DNA of 63,207 bases, from positions 1 through 63,207 of IMG/VR virus record IMGVR_UViG_3300035670_000204. One strand, given 5' to 3'. This DNA comes from a virus. Lineage: Duplodnaviria; Caudoviricetes. The position numbers and the translations under genes were made by a program. The notes below the pieces were generated by a model. The model had not been told where the DNA came from. It saw only the letters and a program-made list of their open reading frames with translations, and searched no databases. Shown piece after piece: positions 1 to 7,456 of the stretch; position 1 is the first letter of the stretch, and each line of letters begins with the position of its first letter.

Positions 1-122
1 CCAACCCAATGGGTATAGTAGTGGCGGGGCTTACGTATACGCATTACATATACGGGGGCATAACGCTTGACGACAGAACATACGTTTTGTTTACTAAAGG
101 TGTCGGGAGCGAGGTGCTTCCG
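1..122 (+). repeat. Early cassette boundary unit (GGTATAGTAGTGGC box, promoter, leader); exact copy of 62301..62422
   Basis: Base-by-base identity with 62301..62422; 1..34 also equals 63021..63054. Confidence 0.95.
67..95 (+). promoter_or_regulatory. Repeated early sigma70-type promoter TTGACG-N17-TTTACT
   Basis: Near-consensus -35 with 17-bp spacer; conserved in 4 copies, each upstream of an early ORF; the -10 is imperfect. Confidence 0.7.
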
Positions 123-186
123 GCGAATTTACTTACTTACTTGAGGGTACCGAAATGGCACGCAAAGCAAACAATCTGACCGTTCC
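74..186 (+). repeat. End overlap (113 bp) indicating a circular or circularly permuted assembly
   Basis: Identical to 63095..63207, including the start of ORF 155..805. Confidence 0.95.
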
Positions 187-805
187 TGCGATTAAAACTG
201 TGGCTGACGTGGCGACCGTCGCACTGGCGAGTGCGACCCAAGAGTTGGAGAGCCGGAAGGCCAAACTGTACGCCGACACGGCTAAAGCGCTTGGCGCGGC
301 GACTAAACTCGCCCCGGCCATGGCGGACAAAAAGGCCGCATTTAAGACGGCGGCGGATGGATTAACGGGTATCCGGTCGGAACTGATGGGGCTGTTCGTG
401 CCGGTGGTCATCGACGCATTGACGTACGGGTCGCTGCCTGACGATTTGTTCGGACGGAAAAAGGGCAAGGGAGGGATTCCGGCGATTAAAGGGAAAGTCC
501 GCGAAACCTTGGAGCCCTTGTACGACGGAAAGCTGGTAAGCGAAATCGTGCGGAACTGCCGGGTGGTGTTCCAGTTCCATAATGAGGCGGGGTCACTTCC
601 TGACCCAAAGAAAAACTTGTCGAGTCTCTACCAGGAAGTGGTAGGGGCTAATCGGAAGAACAAGGACGCCAAAGACAAGACGGCTGCGACCATCTGGAAT
701 GAGTTGAAAGCGTGGTGCGGGGACACGCATGACCAAAACTTCCAGGATATAGAAGCCTACGTCAAGAAAAAGGACAAGGAATTGTACCGGCTCTTGACCG
801 AGTAG
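155..805 (+). CDS. Early hypothetical protein (216 aa, Lys/Ala-rich)
   Basis: ORF with GAGGG RBS downstream of the repeated promoter; no family recognised. Confidence 0.85.
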   Translation: MARKANNLTVPAIKTVADVATVALASATQELESRKAKLYADTAKALGAATKLAPAMADKKAAFKTAADGLTGIRSELMGLFVPVVIDALTYGSLPDDLFGRKKGKGGIPAIKGKVRETLEPLYDGKLVSEIVRNCRVVFQFHNEAGSLPDPKKNLSSLYQEVVGANRKNKDAKDKTAATIWNELKAWCGDTHDQNFQDIEAYVKKKDKELYRLLTE

Positions 806-814
806 GCCAGACAG

Positions 815-834
815 GGGAGGGGGAAACCCCTCCC
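815..834 (+). other. Intergenic GC hairpin with GAAA tetraloop, no U-tract
   Basis: GGGAGGGG-GAAA-CCCCTCCC. Confidence 0.7.
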
Positions 835-869
835 GACCAAGACTGAACATATACTCAGAGGATAAGACA

Positions 870-1136
870 ATGACCAAGCAATTTACAGTATCCGTATTTT
901 TCACCCAGACTGACTATATCGACGTGGAGCGCACTGCGGACCAACTGCAGAAATGGGGAGACGACTCCCTGATGGCAGGAAGGTACTGGCAGGTCCAGGA
1001 TGACACTGGGGAGGATTGTATATATCGCAGCATTTCGGCGCAAGAGCTGACGCGGTACACCGACCAGGAGATGTCAGACAGGAAATTCGATATGGCTCTT
1101 GAGGCATGGTTGAAGAGGAGGGAACTGGAAGATTAA
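870..1136 (+). CDS. Early hypothetical protein (88 aa, acidic)
   Basis: ORF with GAGGA RBS. Confidence 0.8.
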   Translation: MTKQFTVSVFFTQTDYIDVERTADQLQKWGDDSLMAGRYWQVQDDTGEDCIYRSISAQELTRYTDQEMSDRKFDMALEAWLKRRELED

Positions 1137-1144
1137 AAAATAAC

Positions 1145-1170
1145 GAGGTCTGCCACGGACGGCGGGCCTC
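1145..1170 (+). promoter_or_regulatory. 3'-UTR hairpin with ACGGAC loop (CsrA/RsmA-like site)
   Basis: GAGGTCTGCC-ACGGAC-GGCGGGCCTC, 10-bp stem including G-U pairs. Confidence 0.55.
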
Positions 1171-1644
1171 GACTACTGTACCGAAAGCAGGCGAATAATA
1201 CACACTCCCCCGGCGGTATAGTAGTGGCCGGGCTACCGGACGGCCCCACTGCCCGACTACGTCAAAACCCCCCAGAGGCGGGCTGTCATATAATTTATAC
1301 GGGATAAGGGCTTCCCATATAAATTATATAATCCATATAAATTATATGGCGGACGATTTCGGCCCTGTATCGGAGCAATAACGCGGGCTATATGTAAAGA
1401 CATAATAATCTATAAAATTACATGTAATCCAAATGTTCAGTTTGTAACTCAGGATACTTAAAATTTCGCCGAATAAATCTTACGTAAAGTAAACATATAA
1501 AATAAGTACAAACTAAACATAGTTTACGTAACCGAAGTTACATAATACACAAATGATATGTTTCATATATAGTAAACATTAGGCGAATGTAAGGACTTTT
1601 TTGTTTACTATGTGTAGCTAGCGTGGATAGTGAAAAAAACAGTA

Positions 1645-1657
1645 AATCAACGACTTA
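1645..1657 (+). promoter_or_regulatory. IHF consensus site
   Basis: AATCAA-CGAC-TTA matches WATCAANNNNTTR, with an upstream A-tract. Confidence 0.6.
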
Positions 1658-2026
1658 ATTTGTTTCTTATTCACCTATATATGTTTACTATCGTTATATA
1701 ACTACACATGTTTACAATGTAAAGCCCGAAATAGTAAACAAAATACACGTAAGTCTACACATAAGGCTAAACATACGGCTATGTAAGGCTCAAAAATATA
1801 ATTTATATAAAGCGGATAAAACGCGGATGTTTAGCCGTAAGCCCCTGAATACTTTGTGTAACATAAGTACAAAAGCCGATATGTACGCCTTTTGTTTCTT
1901 TGTTATATGTTTATGTTTGATTTTAGCGTGATATCCGAAAAATATCCAAAGTGCCAGTGGCGATATTGTAGGCGAGTTTGCGGGACGCGATTATGTCGCC
2001 AGTTGGTGTGTGGTGGCTCCAGTAAG

Positions 2027-2039
2027 TAATGAATTGATT
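2027..2039 (-). promoter_or_regulatory. IHF consensus site
   Basis: TAA-TGAA-TTGATT is the reverse complement of WATCAANNNNTTR. Confidence 0.55.
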
Positions 2040-2314
2040 TCTTTAGTATTAGTATTATTAGATTACTTAACTTATTACTACGTTTCCTAGCCACTCAACC
2101 AAGTGGTACCCAAAGATGCGAAATTACATATATACATATCTTTGTGCAGTGCGCAACAACACACCCAACTAAACATCTCGATATGTAATTGGCTACATAT
2201 CCTAATGTTTACTATGTTTAGAACATATAAATAAGTGACCGTTTGCGATTTTGCCCCCTCCCCCTCAAAAACGTGGCTAGCGTGGATAGTGAAAATGGAA
2301 ATATACGGCACCCG

Positions 2315-2327
2315 TAACTTCTTGATT
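2315..2327 (-). promoter_or_regulatory. IHF consensus site
   Basis: TAA-CTTC-TTGATT is the reverse complement of WATCAANNNNTTR. Confidence 0.55.
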
Positions 2328-2481
2328 AGCTAGATAAATTATATATTATGTAATATCTCTATAAACTTAGTTAAAAAGCCCCTGGCTAGTTGTTGATTTT
2401 CCTAGAGATTTAGTAAACATAATCGAAAAAATACTAAACAAACTCATCTAGTAAACATAACATACATAAAATCGGGCTGGC

Positions 2482-2510
2482 TTGACATTTGGCTTTTTTT
2501 GTGGGATAAT
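2482..2510 (+). promoter_or_regulatory. Strong sigma70 promoter TTGACA-N17-GATAAT with extended -10 TG
   Basis: Perfect -35, 17-bp spacer, TGn before the -10; upstream of ORF 2604. Confidence 0.85.
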
Positions 2511-2603
2511 ATACTTCACGCTGGAAATCTGTTCAGCGGGACCCGCAACCCTACATTGGGTAGGAATTGCGAATTTATATAATTTATATCGGAGACCGCA
2601 GAT

Positions 2604-3581
2604 ATGGCATCTATTCGCACCACGTGTATGAAGGGTTCCTTGGTTGTAAAATACGGCGACGGAAAGAAGGGCGCAAAGGAACTGGCCCGAGATGTCGAAG
2701 CCAGTCATGGCGCCGATACGGGCACCCTGTCCACTCGTGTTGATTTATGTTCCAACATGGCGGAGTTCAAGAAAGTCCGCGATTATGTCGCGGAAGTCCG
2801 CAAGTGGTGGCGTGAGCGCAGCGCCGTGTGGGAAGACGGCGGCAGTCGCGTGTTCAAGGCCATGGCGTCGAGCACCATCGAAGCCTATATGTCGCAGGCT
2901 TCGACCCAGTTCTATAAATTGGCACAAGATGCCGTGAATGCGTATCCGGCATACGTCCAGAACCGCCTGCACGAGGTGGGAACCCTGGTCACCCAGGATG
3001 CGTTTTGGACGGTCGAGGAATTCATGGCGAAGTTTACCTTTAACTTCACCACAGAGCCGTTGCCCGATAGGGACGATTTTAGAGTCATAGACGGGCTCAC
3101 CAAACAGGAGGCCGAAGCATTCGGCCAACGTATGGTGGATGAGTCCCGCGCCCGTGTGGAGGCGGCTATGGGGGAAACCAGAGATAAACTTACGTCAGTG
3201 CTAGACCGGCTTGTCGGTCAGTTGGAAAACAAGACCAAGCAAGAAGACGGCGACGACAGCATCAAGCGTGCGCCCATAACCAAGTCCTCCCTGGAAGCCC
3301 TATGGGACGCTATCAAAGCCGTCCCTGGGCTGAACATCGCCGGGCACCCTGGCTTGGATGCCATGGCCAGCGAGCTGGAACACGCCCTGGATGGCGTAAC
3401 CGTGGATGCGCTAAAGGACGACCGGGCTACCCGTGACCGGGTTGCCTCGGTGACAAAGTCCGTGTCGGAATCCTTGAAGTCCATGCTGTCTGATGACAGC
3501 CTGGAGCACGAGGCTGAAAGCGTGGACGTATGCGGCGAGAAAGCCGCAACCTTGAAGGCTAGCCTTCAAGATATGTTTTGA
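2604..3581 (+). CDS. Helical protein, DUF3150-like partner of the AAA/vWA module
   Basis: 325 aa, GGAGA RBS; size and position before a MoxR-AAA and vWA gene resemble DUF3150-type loci (tentative). Confidence 0.6.
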   Translation: MASIRTTCMKGSLVVKYGDGKKGAKELARDVEASHGADTGTLSTRVDLCSNMAEFKKVRDYVAEVRKWWRERSAVWEDGGSRVFKAMASSTIEAYMSQASTQFYKLAQDAVNAYPAYVQNRLHEVGTLVTQDAFWTVEEFMAKFTFNFTTEPLPDRDDFRVIDGLTKQEAEAFGQRMVDESRARVEAAMGETRDKLTSVLDRLVGQLENKTKQEDGDDSIKRAPITKSSLEALWDAIKAVPGLNIAGHPGLDAMASELEHALDGVTVDALKDDRATRDRVASVTKSVSESLKSMLSDDSLEHEAESVDVCGEKAATLKASLQDMF

Positions 3582-3672
3582 TTCTACCCTGGGGTAGGAT
3601 TAACCTGGGGGGATGGGCTGTTCTATCCCCCCGAACCAGAGCACTTATATAATTTATATCGGAGATAAGACC

Positions 3673-4800
3673 ATGAACATGATTCAAGCCATGCGCCAGA
3701 TTAGCCTAAAGCAACTGCCCAAGGCCCTCACCTTGGCGTACGTGTCCAATCAAAACGTGTTTCTTGCTGGTCAACCCGGCATCGGCAAGACCGTCACGGT
3801 TGAAAAATATGCTCGCATGATGCGGAAACGTATCCCTGAGTTTCAAATCTGGCGGGTGTCTATGCCTGCCCTTACCGCGATGGATATTCAGGCGACCGTT
3901 CCCGATGTCGAGACCATGACCCTTACGGTAATCAACACCACGCTGTTGCCCAATGCCCTGGGCAATGACGCCGAAGCCAAGGGCTCTATCTATCTGGGCG
4001 AGCTTGCCCAAGCTGACCCCCACGCGCTAAAGCCCCTGCAGAAGTACATCAACGGCGAGCCCTTCAATGGGCTGCAGAAGCCCGAAGGTGTCAATGTAAT
4101 CGCAGATGGCAACAGACAAGAGGATAAGTCTGGCGCGATTCGACAAGGCCGCGCATTCATGTCTCGATTCTTGTACCTGGAAACCATAAACCCAGTCGAG
4201 GATGACATCGAATACGCGGTGACTCAGGGATTTCATCCAGACGTAACGTCATTCATGTCTGTCAATCCGGATTTAGTTAATACGTACAACGCAGAAGATG
4301 ACAACTCCCGCGCTGACCGGGACATTGGACGCTGGGGTGGGATGCGCCAGTGGGAGCAGCTATCCGGACTAGAATACGCGGCGGACGAGTTCAACCTGGC
4401 TCTAATAGATATGCCTCAGATGGTAGCGGCGGCAGTGGGTGCAGTAATAGGTACAAAGTATTTAGCATACAAGACCATATATAAATCTTTGCCTACGGTT
4501 GCGCAGATATGCGCCAACCCAAGCACGGCGCCCGTACCACAGGAGCACGACAAGCAACATGCGCTTATTAGCATCATCTTGTCGCGCATTACATCCACTC
4601 AACTTGATAGCGTTGTGCCGTACGTCATGCGGTTACCTGTTACTTTGCAAGTCTTATTCATGCGCGGTGTGGAGGCCCGCGCTGCACGAGCGGCCAAGTC
4701 TCGGCGTGGGGATGGGTTTACCATTTCGAGCCCGGCCTATATTAAGTTCACTTCGGACTCGAAGTTCAAGAGCCTGATTCGGTCCAGTGTGAACGAGTAA
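3673..4800 (+). CDS. MoxR-like AAA+ ATPase with atypical Walker B
   Basis: Walker A GQPGIGKT, Walker B position IYLGE, sensor GNR, arginine finger SRF; start moved to ATG 3673 after the GGAGA RBS. Confidence 0.85.
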   Translation: MNMIQAMRQISLKQLPKALTLAYVSNQNVFLAGQPGIGKTVTVEKYARMMRKRIPEFQIWRVSMPALTAMDIQATVPDVETMTLTVINTTLLPNALGNDAEAKGSIYLGELAQADPHALKPLQKYINGEPFNGLQKPEGVNVIADGNRQEDKSGAIRQGRAFMSRFLYLETINPVEDDIEYAVTQGFHPDVTSFMSVNPDLVNTYNAEDDNSRADRDIGRWGGMRQWEQLSGLEYAADEFNLALIDMPQMVAAAVGAVIGTKYLAYKTIYKSLPTVAQICANPSTAPVPQEHDKQHALISIILSRITSTQLDSVVPYVMRLPVTLQVLFMRGVEARAARAAKSRRGDGFTISSPAYIKFTSDSKFKSLIRSSVNE

Positions 4801-4863
4801 CCTGATATAAATTATATGGGGTGGCACATCCACCCCATGGCTTACTAATCTACGGAGCATAAC

Positions 4864-6336
4864 ATGAACACACTTCCCGATATCGACCGCGTGTCAGTCA
4901 ACATGGTAATCCGCTTTGGTTACTTTGCGGACTTATTGATGACCATGAACCTGCAGGTGAATCCCAACATCCCGACCTTGGCGACCGATGGTAAGAGCCT
5001 ATGGGTCAACCCCGTTTATTGGGACACTCTGTCCTTCGACTTGAAAGTCTCGGCGCTGGCGCATGAAGTCTTGCATAAAGCCTTGGCTCACATGATGCGG
5101 CGGAATGGCCGTGACCCGTTGATTTTCAACATTGCTTGCGACCACATCGTAAATCATATCTTGCGCGAGAATAATTTTCTGTTAGATGCAAACTGGATAT
5201 ACGATTCCCACATCGTGTATGATATTGAGAACGGCTGGCGAGAGCGCACCGAAGAGCAGATATATGATTTGCTTATAGAACGCAATCGTCCCAACACGCC
5301 GCCGCCCCCTCCCCCAGAGAACGAGGAAGAGGGCGAAGGCGAAGGCGAGAACGAAGCCCCCGGTGGTACCGGCGAAGGTGAAGGCGAGCAAGGCCAGGGC
5401 GAGGGTGACGAGCAGGGCCAAGGCCAGGGTACCGGCGAGGGCGAGAGCCCGAAGGAGTCCGGCAAAGGCCAGGGTACCGGCGAGGGCGAGCAGGGCCAGG
5501 GCCAGGCTGAATCGGGCCAGGACGCGGGCGACCCCGAAGACCAGGGGAAAGGCGAGGGTAGAAACAAGGGCCGCCAGGCGGGCACGGGAACAGGCACACA
5601 GACGATGCACATACCAGGGCTGGCCAACCCCGACCAGCTCAAGTTCCTGGGCGACATCGTAGAGCCGGAGGGCAACCTGACCCACGCCAAACACAAGGCG
5701 CTGTCCGAAGCGGCCGAAGCATTCAACCGGGCGGGGACCAAACCCGAAGGACTGCGCGAGCGGCTGAGCAGCTTGAACATCACTGAGCCGACCCCTTGGT
5801 ACCAGGTATTACAGCAGTACGTGACCAGCATCACTATGAACGAACGTACGTGGAATCGGTTCGACCGTAGGACATACGTAAATTACGGCGTGATGGCGCC
5901 GGGTCAGTTCAGCCATACGGTGAATCATGTAACCATAGCCGTGGACACCTCGGGCTCTGTGTTCAGTGCAGCCCAACAAGCAGGGTTCCAAGACCACATG
6001 AACGATATCATCCGGGCGTCTAACGTAAAGTCGGTGTCGGTATTGGAGTTCGACACCAGGGTTATGCGGGCGACCGAGTATGAATTGTCGCAAGGCGAGA
6101 CGATTAACTTCGACGCCGTAGGTGGTGGCGGCACAGACTTCCGGTGTATATGGGAGTGGGTGGATACCTATAAGTCTGACACTGACCTGGTAATAGTTCT
6201 GACCGATATGTTCGGCCCGATGGGTGAGGAACCCCCGTGTCCTGTGCTGTGGGCGTGTATCCACAACCGGGGTGAGCGTATGGCCAAGTTCGGTGACGTA
6301 GTGTACGTTGCACCAGCCAAAGATAGTTATTACTAG
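4864..6336 (+). CDS. DUF2201-type metallopeptidase-vWA protein
   Basis: PTLATDG, HEVLH (HExxH), Gly/Glu-rich linker, MIDAS DTSGS, GGGGTDF and LTD. Confidence 0.9.
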   Translation: MNTLPDIDRVSVNMVIRFGYFADLLMTMNLQVNPNIPTLATDGKSLWVNPVYWDTLSFDLKVSALAHEVLHKALAHMMRRNGRDPLIFNIACDHIVNHILRENNFLLDANWIYDSHIVYDIENGWRERTEEQIYDLLIERNRPNTPPPPPPENEEEGEGEGENEAPGGTGEGEGEQGQGEGDEQGQGQGTGEGESPKESGKGQGTGEGEQGQGQAESGQDAGDPEDQGKGEGRNKGRQAGTGTGTQTMHIPGLANPDQLKFLGDIVEPEGNLTHAKHKALSEAAEAFNRAGTKPEGLRERLSSLNITEPTPWYQVLQQYVTSITMNERTWNRFDRRTYVNYGVMAPGQFSHTVNHVTIAVDTSGSVFSAAQQAGFQDHMNDIIRASNVKSVSVLEFDTRVMRATEYELSQGETINFDAVGGGGTDFRCIWEWVDTYKSDTDLVIVLTDMFGPMGEEPPCPVLWACIHNRGERMAKFGDVVYVAPAKDSYY

Positions 6337-6345
6337 GAGGCAGCC

Positions 6346-6714
6346 ATGAATCATGCCGACATAGACATTCGTATGTGTCGGCATCGGTTCGACTTGATAA
6401 AACGCAAGATATTTGATTTGACCGAGATGCGTATATTATCAGTCGGACTCGATGCTGGCCTGTTAGACCTAGACAATCCACCTAGCAAAGATATATTGCT
6501 GGATAAGTTCCTGACCATGGGTGTCACGGTGAAGCGAAGCAAGTTTAATTTCTATGAATACGAAAACCTACTTGCTGACATTGCGCAACTGGACCCGGAC
6601 CAGCACAAGTGGGTGGATAATACAAAGATATGGCACAGCCTAAAGGTAGGTGTCCATATACTTAGAGCATATTACTTAGACAGGTGTGAGACGGAGAAAA
6701 AAATAATGCCTTAG
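6346..6714 (+). CDS. Hypothetical protein (122 aa)
   Basis: AGGAGG RBS. Confidence 0.8.
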   Translation: MNHADIDIRMCRHRFDLIKRKIFDLTEMRILSVGLDAGLLDLDNPPSKDILLDKFLTMGVTVKRSKFNFYEYENLLADIAQLDPDQHKWVDNTKIWHSLKVGVHILRAYYLDRCETEKKIMP

Positions 6715-6723
6715 TCCTATTGC

Positions 6724-6745
6724 ATAGCCCCCGCAAGGGGGCTAT
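6724..6745 (+). terminator. Hairpin (possible terminator or processing site)
   Basis: ATAGCCCCC-GCAA-GGGGGCTAT; no clear U-tract. Confidence 0.5.
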
Positions 6746-6771
6746 ACTAAACCCACTAACCAAGTAACCGA

Positions 6772-7032
6772 GTGATGACAATGAACATGCAGGAGAATAT
6801 GCGGCTCAAAAGAATTGAGACGCGACTAACCAAGCTGGGACTATTTATAGGCGTTGACCTGCGGGCACAGCCAACCCCTATCGAAATAGACTTGAAAGCA
6901 AAAGTTATTCACATGCCCAATCCCGACTTCCCGCTGTCCACTATCATTGAAGAGATGAAATATGTAGGCGCGACAGATGGGTGGTACACGTTGGAATCGA
7001 ACGGCGCAAACTTAGGGGACATTAAGATATGA
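6772..7032 (+). CDS. Hypothetical protein
   Basis: ORF coupled by ATGA to the next gene; start uncertain. Confidence 0.75.
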   Translation: MMTMNMQENMRLKRIETRLTKLGLFIGVDLRAQPTPIEIDLKAKVIHMPNPDFPLSTIIEEMKYVGATDGWYTLESNGANLGDIKI

Positions 7033-7289
7033 GCATGACCATTCAGATGGAAATAAGCCAAGCGCAGTACCGGGCGGCGAAACGTGCGTTCCACTATATG
7101 GCCAAGGCGGTGGAGATGGTTGCCTTGCTGCCCAAGCCTGCCATGGAGCGCTTGGCCCCCCGTATGGTGCAGGTCGCATCCGAGCTGGAGTCCTTGATTG
7201 ATATGGTCGAAGACTCTTTGGAAGCGCAAGAGGATGAGGACATCGCGGACGAGTGCCGGGCTGAGGACGGCGGCCGTGGGGTTCACTAG
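7029..7289 (+). CDS. Hypothetical protein (86 aa)
   Basis: ATGA-coupled ORF. Confidence 0.75.
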   Translation: MSMTIQMEISQAQYRAAKRAFHYMAKAVEMVALLPKPAMERLAPRMVQVASELESLIDMVEDSLEAQEDEDIADECRAEDGGRGVH

Positions 7290-7456
7290 CTTCGGGGCGG
7301 GGGACTACTATACCCCTCGAATTAAGGTCGCCAGGGTGGATGAAGGCGGCGCAGAATTGGAGCTGATTATTCCCAATTCTATAAATTTATATTTGGGCTA
7401 TGTTCCGGTGGGAGCCGAGATAGAACTGGAGCCCATAACTTTGGAGATTATCGCGC

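Larger units (their letters stand above)
1617..2295 (+). repeat. 20-bp direct repeat GCTAGCGTGGATAGTGAAAA (1617..1636 and 2276..2295)
   Basis: Exact match. Confidence 0.9.
1261..2480. other. AT-rich non-coding region with iterons and IHF sites; candidate replication origin
   Basis: No credible ORF; 7 exact TGTTTACTA/TAGTAAACA copies, 3 IHF consensus matches and a 20-bp direct repeat. Confidence 0.6.

Noticed and set aside
1-186. True direct terminal repeat
   Set aside because: The overlap ends inside a gene and is discontinuous (35..66 differs from the end copy), so it is better explained by circular assembly through internal repeats.
1617-1675. DnaA boxes (CGTGGATAG, TTATTCACC)
   Set aside because: One to two mismatches from the DnaA box consensus; too weak to call.
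1903-2311. Minus-strand ORFs 1903..2094 and 2087..2311
   Set aside because: Atypical composition, no convincing RBS, and located within the iteron/IHF region.
2386-2398. Fourth IHF site
   Set aside because: CTA-GTTG-TTGATT misses the YAA part of the consensus.
5290-5600. Repeat array and long alternative-frame ORFs within the vWA gene
   Set aside because: A Gly/Glu/Gln linker explains both the repeats and the stop-free shadow frames.
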